Of a stretch of 64,000 nt of DNA, positions 42,405 to 51,893 are shown one piece after another. Positions within the stretch are counted from its first letter, which is position 1. The number at the start of each line of letters is the position of its first letter. Under the pieces are notes generated by a model that was given only the letters and a program-made list of their open reading frames with translations, did no database searches and was not told where the DNA came from. Source of the DNA: an uncultured Gammaproteobacteria bacterium (GTDB taxonomy: Bacteria; Pseudomonadota; Gammaproteobacteria; Pseudomonadales; UBA5518); assembly GCA_963819895.1 (NCBI GenBank), contig CAWFXU010000013.1, positions 172,447 through 236,446 of the forward strand, given 5' to 3'. The translations under genes and the position numbers were made by a program.

Positions 42405-42652
42405 CGAGTGCTCCTCCGTATGACGGCGCGAGCTGTCGTCGCGGGCATGGCCCGTCCCATGACGGCGCGGCGAGGGCGGCCCGGCCGGCGTCGGCCGCTC
42501 GCGGCACGGGCCCGCCCCTCGCCGCGCCTCGGGTTGACGGTCATCCGCCGCGCCAATACGCCGCCTCGCCGCGCGGATTTGCGCCGGCGGCAATTCTACC
42601 TGCACGATAGGGGCCTTGGCGCTACTCCATCCTCCTGTCCCGGACCTGCAAC

Positions 42653-43585
42653 ATGCCCCTGTCGGCGTACATGCTGTATTTCACCACCGTGCTGATCTGG
42701 GGTTCGACCTGGCTCGCGATCAAGTTCCAGCTCGGGGACATCGATCCGCTGGTCTCGGTGATCTACCGCTTCGGTCTGGCGTCGATGCTGCTGTTCGCCT
42801 GGTGCGTGCTGGCGCGCGCGCGGCTCAGGCTCACGCCGCGCGAGCACTTCTTCATCGCGTTGCAGGGCGCCTGCCTGTTCGGGCTCAACTACTGGCTGGT
42901 GTACTGGTCCGAGGTCTACCTCACCAGCGGCGTGGTGGCGGTGATATTCGCCACCATGGTGTTCATGAATTTCTTCAACGCGGCGCTGTTCCTGAAACGC
43001 CCCCTGGTGCCGGTGGTGCTTTTCGGCGGGCTGATCGGCATCGGCGGCGTCGCGCTGCTGTTCTGGCCCGAGTTCGGCAGGCTGAGCATCGATGACACCG
43101 CGCTGCGCGGTCTGATGCTGGCGCTGGCCTCGACCTACGTGGCCTCGCTCGGCAGCATCCTGGCCACGCGCAATGCGGTCTTCGGGCTGAAGGTGATCAC
43201 GGTGAACGCCTGGGGCATGTTTTACGGCACGGCGCTGCTCACGCTTGCGGCGCTCGTTACCGGGGCCGAGTTCCGTTTTCCCGCCGGCCTGCCGTATACC
43301 GCCTCGTTGCTGTACCTGTCGGTGTTCGGCTCGATCGTGGCTTTCGGTGCCTTCCTGCGCCTGATCGCGCTGATCGGCCCGGAGCGCGCAGGCTACAACG
43401 CGATGATGACGCCGGTGGTCGCGCTGCTGCTCTCGACGCTCTTCGAGGGCTACCAGTGGACGCTGCCCGCCGTGGCCGGGCTGGTGCTGATCGTGCTGGG
43501 CAACGCGCTGGTGCTGCGCGCCCGGCCGGTTCGTCTTGACAAGCGCCGCCGGCGCGGCGACTTTCCGCACTGCACACTTCCCTGA
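42653..43585 (+). CDS. EamA/DMT-superfamily transporter
   Basis: Intact 310-aa ORF with ten hydrophobic segments in two EamA-like halves (VLIWGSTWLAIKF...; VAFGAFLRLIALIGPERAGY...). Confidence 0.75.
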   Translation: MPLSAYMLYFTTVLIWGSTWLAIKFQLGDIDPLVSVIYRFGLASMLLFAWCVLARARLRLTPREHFFIALQGACLFGLNYWLVYWSEVYLTSGVVAVIFATMVFMNFFNAALFLKRPLVPVVLFGGLIGIGGVALLFWPEFGRLSIDDTALRGLMLALASTYVASLGSILATRNAVFGLKVITVNAWGMFYGTALLTLAALVTGAEFRFPAGLPYTASLLYLSVFGSIVAFGAFLRLIALIGPERAGYNAMMTPVVALLLSTLFEGYQWTLPAVAGLVLIVLGNALVLRARPVRLDKRRRRGDFPHCTLP

Positions 43586-43602
43586 CCAGCCGGAGACCCG
43601 CG

Positions 43603-44379
43603 ATGAGTGATTTCGAGACCGTGCGCTATGCCGTGGACGAGGGCGTGGCGCTGATCACGCTGAACCGCCCCGCGGTGATGAATGCCTTCAACGGCCAGAT
43701 GCGCCGCGAGCTGCTGGCCGCGGTGCGCCGCGCCATCGACGATGCCGGGGTGCGCGTGGTCGTGCTGACCGGCGAGGGACGCGGCTTCAGCGCCGGCGCC
43801 GATCTCGCCGACGGCATCCCGCCGCTGGTGCAGCAGCAGATCGACGAGGAGTACAAGCCGGTGCTGATGGCGATCAGCGAGGCGCCCAAGCCCTTCATCA
43901 GCGCGGTGAACGGCGCGGCGGCCGGCATCGGCAGTTCCTTCGCGATGGCCTGCGACCTCACGGTGATGGCCGACAACGCCTACATCTACCAGGCCTTCAT
44001 GGCGATCGCGCTGGTGCCCGACGGGGGCGCCACCTGGCACCTGGTCCGCCAGCTCGGGCGCAAGCGCGCCTTCGAGGTGATCGTGGAAGGCGAGAAGATG
44101 GGCGCCGCGCGCTGCCTGGAGCTCGGACTGGCGAACCGCGTGGTGCCCGCCGAGCGCCTGCTCGAGGAGACGCTGGCGTGGGCGCGCGCGATCGCGAAGA
44201 AGGCGCCGCTGGCGCTGCGCTACTCGAAGGAGGCGCTGAACAAGGCCATGCAGCTCGATCTCGCGGACACGATTTCCTACGAGGCCAAGCTGCAGAACAT
44301 CACGTTCATCAGCGAGGACACACGCGAGGGTGTGCAGGCCTTCTTCGAGAAGCGCCCGCCGGTGTTCAAGGGTCTCTGA
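43603..44379 (+). CDS. enoyl-CoA hydratase/isomerase (crotonase) family
   Basis: Intact ORF. It reads ALITLNRPAVMNAF, VVVLTGEGRGFSAGADL (oxyanion hole), AVNGAAAGIGSSFAMACDL, GVQAFFEKRPPVF. Confidence 0.85.
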   Translation: MSDFETVRYAVDEGVALITLNRPAVMNAFNGQMRRELLAAVRRAIDDAGVRVVVLTGEGRGFSAGADLADGIPPLVQQQIDEEYKPVLMAISEAPKPFISAVNGAAAGIGSSFAMACDLTVMADNAYIYQAFMAIALVPDGGATWHLVRQLGRKRAFEVIVEGEKMGAARCLELGLANRVVPAERLLEETLAWARAIAKKAPLALRYSKEALNKAMQLDLADTISYEAKLQNITFISEDTREGVQAFFEKRPPVFKGL

Positions 44380-44414
44380 ATTTCCCGAAGCCAGTCGCCA
44401 GGAGAAATCCAATA

Positions 44415-44858
44415 ATGAGCACGCCGACTTTTGCCCAGCTGAAGAACTGGGCCGACAACTACGTGAAGCTGTGGAACGCGGGCGACCGCGCGGGCTGGGC
44501 CGCCAACTGGCGCGCGGTGGCGCCCGGCGAATTCAGCATGCTCGACCCGGTGGGCACGCCGATGAAGCACGGCTTCCAGCACTGCGCGCTGGATTCCTAC
44601 GACCTGTTCCAGCCCACCGTGCGCTTTCGCGTCCACCCGGGCAGCCTGTTCATCTGCGGCAACGAGGTCGCGTGGCTGCTGGAGAACCACTTCAAGGAAG
44701 GCGGCGAGGAGCGCTTCGCCTACAGCATCGAGACCTACCGCTTCGAGCCCGACGGCTCCGTGGTGATCCGCACTTACTACAAGGTGCCCGCGCACGCGGC
44801 CGGCGACCTCGGCAAGCTGTTCGAGACCTACCTGCCGGACAGCCCCACGGGCGCCTGA
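44415..44858 (+). CDS. SnoaL/NTF2-like fold protein, function unknown
   Basis: ATG 44415 follows GGAGA. The ORF is 147 aa, with WADNYVKLWNAGDRAGWAANW at the N-terminus, as in SnoaL-like domains. The assignment is weak. Confidence 0.45.
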   Translation: MSTPTFAQLKNWADNYVKLWNAGDRAGWAANWRAVAPGEFSMLDPVGTPMKHGFQHCALDSYDLFQPTVRFRVHPGSLFICGNEVAWLLENHFKEGGEERFAYSIETYRFEPDGSVVIRTYYKVPAHAAGDLGKLFETYLPDSPTGA

Positions 44859-44881
44859 TGTCCTGTCGCCGCGCGCCGGGT

Positions 44882-44906
44882 TGTGGGAGCGCGCCCTGCG
44901 CGCGAC
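44882..44906. repeat. REP-like unit TGTGGGAGCGCGCCCTGCGCGCGAC
   Basis: It has the same head and GCGCG..CGCGCGA palindrome as TGTAGGAGCGCGACCTACGCGCGA at 26954. Confidence 0.55.
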
Positions 44907-45083
44907 GTTTGCACATGGCTCCGACCCGGCGGGCCGAGGGGCGGGCCGGTCCGCTCAGGCCGCCGGCCGACACCTTCTGCGCGGCGCGGTCCGGCGCGCT
45001 GAGACGGACCGGCCAGCGCCATCCATGGCTCGCGGCGCGCAGAGCAGTGCTCTGCACACCCTGTGCGGGCGGCTACGCGTGTT

Positions 45084-45119
45084 GCCGAAATCGCTCCCGG
45101 CGATTTCGGCATCCACAGG
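45084..45119. repeat. REP-like hairpin in inverted orientation (GCCGAAATCGC-TCCCG-GCGATTTCGGC + ATCCACAGG)
   Basis: It has an 11-bp perfect stem. The flanking reverse complement CCTGTGGAT matches the CCTGTGGGT head of the 59030/59046 units. Confidence 0.55.
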
Positions 45120-45417
45120 TCCGCTCGCGGACAAGGCCCGCCCCTCGTCACGCCTGCCGTTGGTGGTTCGCGATCCGTGTATAGTTTCGACAGCAAGCCG
45201 GGCCTTCCGAGGTCCTGTTTGGCGCTCGTGTTTCTTTCCGGGTGCCATGTTTCGCGCGAAAATGGCATCAAACCATGAATGGCTCGTACCACCAACGCAG
45301 CCCGTGACAGGGTGGTTCTCGTGCGAGGACCGTCTGCGGCATCGATGCCGCAGTCGAGCCCACAGGGACGTACTTGCGGCGTGTCCGCGCAGGAGATCCG
45401 CCGCGCAAGGGCGGGGG

Positions 45418-45657
45418 TCAAGCGGCGCCGCCTCCAGCCACCGATTCGACCTGCGTCGGGATGCGCCCGCTGCTCACCAGCTTTTCGTTGATGACCAGTC
45501 CCGGCGTCGCGATCAGGTCGTAGGCCATGATGTCCTTCATCGCGGAGACCTTGAGCACTTGCACCTCGATGCCGCTGCCGCTCGCGGCTTCGCGCGCCAC
45601 TGCCTCGAGCTTCTTGCAGTTGGCGCAGCCCGGTCCCAGTACCTTTAGCGTCAGCAT
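45418..45657 (-). CDS. small thioredoxin-fold protein (redox-active disulfide protein 2 type), copy 1
   Basis: 79 aa: MLTLKVLGPGCANCKKLEAVAREAA...ATPGLVINEKLVSSGRIP. It has a CxxC motif, and ATG 45657 follows ACGGAGAA. Confidence 0.8.
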   Translation of the reverse strand: MLTLKVLGPGCANCKKLEAVAREAASGSGIEVQVLKVSAMKDIMAYDLIATPGLVINEKLVSSGRIPTQVESVAGGGAA

Positions 45658-47145
45658 GTGATTTCTCCGTATCGTCGTGAGGAAAGAAGCAATCGTCAGC
45701 TCGCGTGGCTCCCGGGAGTGACGCGACTCGTGCAGCCAGTTGACCGTCAACGCCAGCGCGGCAACGAAGCCGAGCGTCCCCAGCACGAGAAACCAGCGGT
45801 TCGCGCCGTCGATCCACGCCCCGTAGATCAGGCCCGCCGCGATGCTGAACAGCGCAACCCAGCCCACGTAGGCCGCGGTCTTGGGCCGTCCGATCACGGC
45901 AGCCACCATCAGCATGCTCTGCAGGCTGAGCTCGGGGTCGGCCATCAGGTAGGCCAGCAGCGGTCCCGGGTGCATGCCGAGGTCGAGGAACATGCGCGCC
46001 ACCGGCACTTCCACCAGTGACGGGAAGTACATGAACACGCCGAACACCACGGCGACCGCGTTGGCGAAGAGGTCGTTCTGTCCCGCGAGCGACTCGATCC
46101 ACTCGGGGCGGATGAGCTGGCGGGCCACGCCGACCACGAACACGCCGATGATCAACAGCGGGAAGATCTGCTTCACGAAGCGCCACGATTCCCACAGCCA
46201 GGAGCGCCATAGTTGCGCATCCAGCCGCCTGCCGTAGTGAAATATCGCGAGCAGGGCTGCCGCCACCGCGCAGAAGCGCCCGGTGATTTCCAGCGCCAGC
46301 CCGCCGTCGCGGGGCTTGAGCCCCAGCGTTGCCACCAGCAGCGTCGCGGCGGAGAGTCCCAGCGCGACCCACGTCCAGCGGTTCGCACCTTCGACGATGT
46401 CGTCCAGGCCTTGCTTCGCGCTCACGGCGATCAGCACCAGCAGCGCGATCAGCACCGAGCCCTGGAAGCTCACACCTTCCTCGCCTTTCGCCGCATCGAA
46501 GGGCACCCAGCGCAACAGTGTGTCCTGCCACGGTTCGACCCACGACAGGGGCAGGTGTACCGAGGCGAGTGTGGCGGTGAGCGGCCAGAGCTTCAGCGTG
46601 CCGGCCACCAGCAGGACCAGCAGCGCCAGCAGCAGCCGCATGGCCACCGGATCGATTCGGGCCTGTTCGGCGAACAGCGCATCGGTCTGGCGGTCGTGGC
46701 GCAGGTCGTCGCGCCAGAACAGCAGGGCCATGAGCAGGCCGATGCCGATGCCGAACAGCAGGCACAGCAGGAAGCGCGCGGCCGCGAACTCCAGCCCCAG
46801 CACGCTGCCGGTATAGGCAATCGCGATGATGTTGCCCGCCGGCGCGAAAAAGAGGAATGTCGTCGCCGGACCGATGCCGGCGCCCTTGCGATACACACCC
46901 GCGAACAGCGGCACGATGGTGCAGGAACACACTGCCAGCAATGAGCCCGCCGCAGCCGCCGCCGGATAGGAAATGTGTCCTGGCGTGCCGCGTCCGAGCC
47001 AGCGCGTGATGCTCTGCTTGGGAATCAGCGCCGCCATCGCGCCGGCGATGAAGAACGCCGGCAGCAGGCACAGCAGCACGTGCGCCGCGAGGTAGGCGGC
47101 GAGATTGCCGAGGCCGCTGTTCAGCAAGTGCAGCAGATGATCCAT
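45658..47145 (-). CDS. enlarged ArsP-like (COG0701/UPF0718) permease, copy 1; 3' end uncertain (reads through into the thioredoxin gene)
   Basis: ATG 47145 follows GGAGG. It reads LLPAFFIAGAMAALIP, SLLAVCSCTIVPLFAG (Cys pair in a TM segment), FLFFAPAGNIIAIAYTG, and the second half FPSLVEVPVARMFLDLGMHPGPLLAYLMADPELS. It is about 495 aa. There is no in-frame stop before the downstream ATG. Confidence 0.8.
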
Positions 47146-47161
47146 GGCCCGCAGCCTCCGT

Positions 47162-50002
47162 TTACCCCGTTTCCCGGTTCCGACGTCCGCGTTCCGCGCC
47201 GCGGATCACCAGTTTGCGCGCCTCGCCGGCCCAGAGCACGACGCTGGCCAGGCCGACGCAGGCCAGCCACTCGCCGGGCGCCAGCGGCGTGGTGTCGAAG
47301 GCGGCGTTCAGGAAGGGCACGTGCACGACCGCGACCTGCAGCGCCGCCGAGAGCGCGATGGCGCCCCAGAGCCACCGGTTCGTGAACAGGTGGTGGAAGG
47401 CGCTGACGCGTCTCCGAGCGGGCGTTGAAGCAGTTGAAGAGCTGCGCCAGCACGAGCGTCGTGAAGGCCATCGTGCGCGCCAGGGTCCAGGTCGCCGGAG
47501 CCGCCGACGAAGGCCTCCGGCGAGACGCAGGTCGAGCGCCGCCAGCGATGACGAGCGCCATCACGAGCACCGACCGAAGACACGCCGCGCCCACATGCGG
47601 CGCGTCGATGACGCGGTCGCTGAGGCGGCGCGGCGGGCGCCGCATGACGTCGTCGCGCGGCGGGTCGACGCCCATCGCGAGCGCCGGCGCCGTGTCGGTG
47701 AGCAGGTTGATCCAGAGGATCTGGGTCGCGAGCAGCGGCACCGCCGCCGCCCCGCCGAGGCCGCTGCAGGCCGAGCACGCCGGCCAGCACGACGCCGAGG
47801 AACATGGTCAGCACCTCGCCCATGTTCGACGACAGCAGGAAGCGCAGGAACTTGCGGATGTTCGCGAAGATGCCGCGGCCCTCGCGCACCGCCGTGACGA
47901 TCGTGGCGAAGTTGTCGTCGGCCAGGATCATGTCGGCCGCTTCCTTGGTCACGTCGGTGCCGGTGATCCCCATGGCGACGCCGATGTCGGCCGTCTTGAG
48001 GGCCGGCGCGTCGTTCACGCCGTCGCCGGTCATCGCGCCACGATGGCCTGTCGGCCTGCAGCGCGTCGACGATCTCGCAGCTTGTGCTCCGGCGCGACGC
48101 GCGCGTAGACCGAGACGTCGCGCACCGGCGTGCGCAGCGCCTCGTCGTCGAGCGACTCGAGATCGGCGCCCGTCAGCACCGAGGCGCCGGGCTCGACGAT
48201 GCCCAGCATGGCGGCGATGCGCGCCGGCGGTGCGCGGGTGATCGCCGGTGATCATCATGATGCGGATGCCCGCGCCCTGGGCCTCGGCGATCGCCGCGCG
48301 CGCCTCCTCGCGCGGCGGGTCGATGATGCCGACCAGGCCGAGGTAGACGAGGTCGCGCTCGACCTCCTCGTTCGCCGCCGGCGGCGCCGCCTGCGGCAGC
48401 CGCCGGTAGGCCACGGCCAGCGTGCGCAGCGCCGAGGCCGGCGAGCCGGTCGACCGCGGCCAGCGCGTCCTGCCGGCGCGCGTCGTCAGGGCACGCTCCG
48501 CCCCCGCGACGCGCTCGGCGCGCAGCGCGCGAGCAGCACGTCCGGCGCGCCCTTGGTCAGCGACCAGCGTGCCCCCGCGCTCGGCGTCCGTGTGCAGGGT
48601 GCTCATGAGCTTGCGCTCGGAGGTGAAGGGCATCTCGCCGACGCGCGCGAAGCGCGTCGCGCGCAACTCGGCGAGCCCGAGCTTGCGCTTCGGCCACCAG
48701 GAAGGCGGCCTCCGTCGGGTCGCCCTGGATCTCCACTCGCCTTCGCGCTCCTCGCGCAGGACGGCGTTGTTGGCCAGGCTGCCGCCGCTCAGCAGCACCA
48801 CGTGACCTCGCTCGAGCAGCACGGCGTCGTCGAGGTCGCGACCGTCGATGCCGCGACTCGCCCCTACGGGTCGTAGCCGTGCCGGTACGTCGACCTCTGC
48901 CCGACGGCGTCACGACCTTCTCGATCGTCATCTCGTTCTCGGTCAGCGTGCCGGTCTTGTCCGAGCAGATCACCGAGGCCGAGCCCAGCGTCTCCACCGA
49001 GGAGAGCTTCTTGACGATCGCCCGGTGCGCGCGCCATGCGCTGCACGCCGAGCGCGAGCACGACCGAGAGCATCGGCCGGCAGACCTTCGGGCACCGCCG
49101 CGACGGCCAGCGAGACGCCGACCAGCAGCACGGAGACGACGTCGGCGAGGCCGCGTATCTCCGATGTCAGCCAGCATGGTCGCCGACCACCACGAGCGAT
49201 CACGATCACCGCGATACCGAGCATGCGCCCGATCGCGCGCGACCTCCGTCTGCAGCGGGGTGCGGCTCTCCTCGGTGTCGCGTCGAGCAGGCGCGCGATC
49301 GTGCCCATCTCGGTGGCCATGCCGGTCGCGGTCACGACGGCGCGGCCGCGGCCGCGCGCGACCGCGGTGCCCTTGAAGACCATGTTGACGCGGTCGCCGA
49401 GCGCGGCCGTGCGCGGGCAGCGCCGCGGTGTGCTTCTGCACCGTGGCTCTCGCCGGTGAGCGACCGCCTCGGCAACGCGCAGGAGGCGGCCTCCACAGGC
49501 GCGCGTCGGCGCCGACGCCGTCGCCCTCGCCGAGCACGAGCACGTCGCCGCGCACGACTGCCGCGGCTCGGATGCGCTCCTTCGGCCGTCGCGCAGCACC
49601 GAGGCCGTCGGCGCCGTCATGCGCTGCAGCGCGGCGACGGCTTGCTCGGCGCGCGCCTCCTGCACGTAGCCGAGCACGGCGTTGAGCACGACGATCGCGG
49701 GGATCACGATCGCGTCCACCGGGCAGCCTCGTGCCGCCCTCCAGCGACCAGGCGACGAGCAAGACGACGATCGCGGCCAGCAGCAGGTAGATCAACGGAT
49801 CCTGGAAGTGCGCCAGGATCCGTCGCCACAACGGGCGCGGCGCCACGGTGCGCAGTTCGTTCGGCCCGTCGCGCAGCAGCCGGCGCGCGGCCTCGGCGGC
49901 GGCGAGCCCGCGCTCCGGGTCCGTGGCCAGCGCCGCGGCAACGGCATCGGGCGCCAGCAGCGAGGGATCGGCGAGCGTGTCCGACTGCTCGGCTAACTCC
50001 AT
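47162..50002 (-). pseudogene. type II (SERCA/PMCA-like) cation-transporting P-type ATPase; about 8-9 frameshifts
   Basis: ATG 50002 follows GGAGA. The N-terminal [19 protein letters not shown] is followed by [15 protein letters not shown] (phosphorylation site), MITGDHPRTA, MTGDGVNDAPALKTADIGVAMG, ILWINLLTDTAPALA and FTTLVLAQLFNCFNARS. The reconstructed end ...KLVIRGAERGRRNRETG stops at TAA 47162-47164. No CPC/CPH metal motif was seen. Confidence 0.85.
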
Positions 50003-50112
50003 GCAGGGATCTCCATGAGTCGGTTGGTCATCGGCGATACCAGCAATCCAACAAGGTCGAACGGGTTGGTGGCGATCATGTCGCCCGTGGCTGTCTGCAG
50101 TCCATGGCTGTG

Positions 50113-50440
50113 TCAGCGCGCGGATTGGGCAAGGCGGCCGTCCTCCATTTCCACGATCCGGTCGAATACGTCCAGCGCGCGGACGTCGTGCGTGACGACA
50201 ACTGATCCTGCCCGCGAAGAAAAGCCACGCGGTCAGCGCATTGACGACGGCGTTCGCAGCCGCGACCGACCGGTCTTAGCGCATGGTTCATCTCGATCGG
50301 GCACCCGGCTGATCCAGCAGGCCGGCCCGGTCCGCGTGGGCGTCCGGTTGCGCGTCGCGTTCGCCAGGCGTCTGAAACGATTCTTCCATGGGGCAGTTTC
50401 CGCGCTTGCAGAAATGGATCACAACAACCAGTCAGGCCGC
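50113..50440 (-). pseudogene. remnant of an ABC-transporter ATP-binding gene (3' part only, decayed)
   Basis: The clean C-terminal segment [29 protein letters not shown] runs to TGA 50113-50115. Upstream only degenerate signature-like traces remain, in mixed frames (PGER..., DEP...), with in-frame stops. No Walker A region is present. The remnant is bounded by the Grx-membrane gene stop (50448). Confidence 0.45.
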
Positions 50441-50447
50441 AGCAGCA

Positions 50448-51599
50448 TCACGGCGCCGGTACGAGCATCACGACTCCGCTCAGCAATTTGAGCCAGCGTC
50501 CGGCCCCTTCGCTGAGCTTCCGGCTGCTGAGTGCCACCACCGCCGTCCCGACCATGAGGCTGTCATCGGCGATATAGCCCACGATGTAGAGCGCCAGGTA
50601 ACCGTAATGGGCGGCAATGCCCAGGTCTTGCTGGGCCAGTATGGCCGTGTACATCGCCGGGAAGCCCGCCGTGCACAGCAGCTCGATGAAGTTCACCAGT
50701 ACCGCGAGAGTGATGACGCCCGCCAGTGCCAGCGGCAGCGATCGCGCCTGCACGATTTCCCGCATCCGCACGTACAGCCCGGGCTTGGCCGAGGCGGGAA
50801 TCGACAGCGACACGCCGCGGGGACCGGCGACGAAGTCCTTGATGTTGACCGCCGCGATGAGCAGGGCAAGAACCGCCAGCGTCGCGCGCACGGCGCTCGA
50901 CAAGCCCACCGCGAGGAACACGTTGAGCCACGCTGCCATGAACGCGAAGTACACCGCACCGCTGACCAGCACGAAGACCCCTGCAATGAGCGCCATGCGC
51001 CGCCGGTCGTGCAGGTGCACCAGCAGCGACAGCAGGAACAGCAGGACCCACATGGCGCAGGGATTGAACCCGTCCAGCAGGCCCACCGCCAGCGTGAACA
51101 GCGGCAGCCCGAGGTTGGACACGCTCAACGCATCGAACGAGCCGGCCTGGACGACGCCGTCAGCGGCAGACGGCTCGGCCGGACGGGCGGGGCCTACCAG
51201 TTGCGCCAGCTCCGGGCCGCTGCGCGCGGCATCGGAGAAACCCACCAGTACGCGTCCGCGATAGACGAAGGTGGGAACACCCGGGGGCCAGTAACCCGCC
51301 TGTTCCGTGATGCGCACGAGTGCATCGCGGGCGGCGGCGTCCTCGTCCACCGGGCGTAACTCGACGCGAAGCCACGGCCGCTCGGCAGCGAATTCGCGCA
51401 GGTACACCTTGGCCGCGGCGCAATGCGGGCAGCCTTCGCGCACGAAGACTTCCAGTACCTCGGCAGCGGGGGCGGGTGCAGCGGACTCCGCTTGCGCCCA
51501 GGCCAGGCGCGGCAGCCACAACAGCAGGCAAAGCGCCACCAGCCCGAGCCGGCTCGCCCGGTCACGACGGGGTCGAATCCGCGCGCCTGAAATCATCAC
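50448..51599 (-). CDS. signal peptide + glutaredoxin-like CPHC domain fused to a six-helix Cys-containing membrane domain (CcdA/DsbD-like by architecture)
   Basis: Intact 383-aa ORF. It has the signal LGLVALCLLLWLPRLAWAQA, then VLEVFVREGCPHCAAAK...GVPTFVYRGRVLVGF. The membrane part has LDGFNPCAMWVLLFLL and NFIELLCTAGFPAMY. Confidence 0.65.
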   Translation of the reverse strand: MMISGARIRPRRDRASRLGLVALCLLLWLPRLAWAQAESAAPAPAAEVLEVFVREGCPHCAAAKVYLREFAAERPWLRVELRPVDEDAAARDALVRITEQAGYWPPGVPTFVYRGRVLVGFSDAARSGPELAQLVGPARPAEPSAADGVVQAGSFDALSVSNLGLPLFTLAVGLLDGFNPCAMWVLLFLLSLLVHLHDRRRMALIAGVFVLVSGAVYFAFMAAWLNVFLAVGLSSAVRATLAVLALLIAAVNIKDFVAGPRGVSLSIPASAKPGLYVRMREIVQARSLPLALAGVITLAVLVNFIELLCTAGFPAMYTAILAQQDLGIAAHYGYLALYIVGYIADDSLMVGTAVVALSSRKLSEGAGRWLKLLSGVVMLVPAP

Positions 51600-51609
51600 G
51601 CGTGTGCGC

Positions 51610-51855
51610 CTAGCCGTCGGCTGCCGGCAGCCACTCCCCGACTTCCGCCTGCGTCGGGATGCGCCCGCTGCAGACCAGCTTTTCGTTGATCACGAGACCC
51701 GGCGTCGCCATCAGGTCGTAGGCGAGTATCTGCTTCATATCGGACACTTTCAGCACTTGTACCTCGATGCCGCTGCCGCTGGCGGCTTCGCGTGCCACGG
51801 CCTCGAGCTTCTTGCAGTTCATGCAGCCCGGTCCCAGTACCTTGATCGTCAACAT
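51610..51855 (-). CDS. small thioredoxin-fold protein (redox-active disulfide protein 2 type), copy 2
   Basis: 81 aa: MLTIKVLGPGCMNCKKLEAVAREAA...ATPGLVINEKLVCSGRIP. ATG 51855 follows ACGGAGAA. Confidence 0.8.
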   Translation of the reverse strand: MLTIKVLGPGCMNCKKLEAVAREAASGSGIEVQVLKVSDMKQILAYDLMATPGLVINEKLVCSGRIPTQAEVGEWLPAADG

Positions 51856-51893
51856 GGTGTCTTCTCCGTATCGTCGTGTGGAACAAAAAATCG

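Noticed and set aside
44955-45248. 97-aa minus-strand ORF, and other ORFs, inside the 560-bp gap.
   Set aside because: It has low-complexity composition, no ribosome-binding site and no recognisable family. It is built largely from the palindromic repeats.
50003-50079. Short minus-strand [31 protein letters not shown], considered as a possible N-terminus of an ABC permease following the ATPase remnant.
   Set aside because: It is too short, and its resemblance to FtsX-type permease N-termini is too weak to call. It is cut off by the P-type ATPase start.
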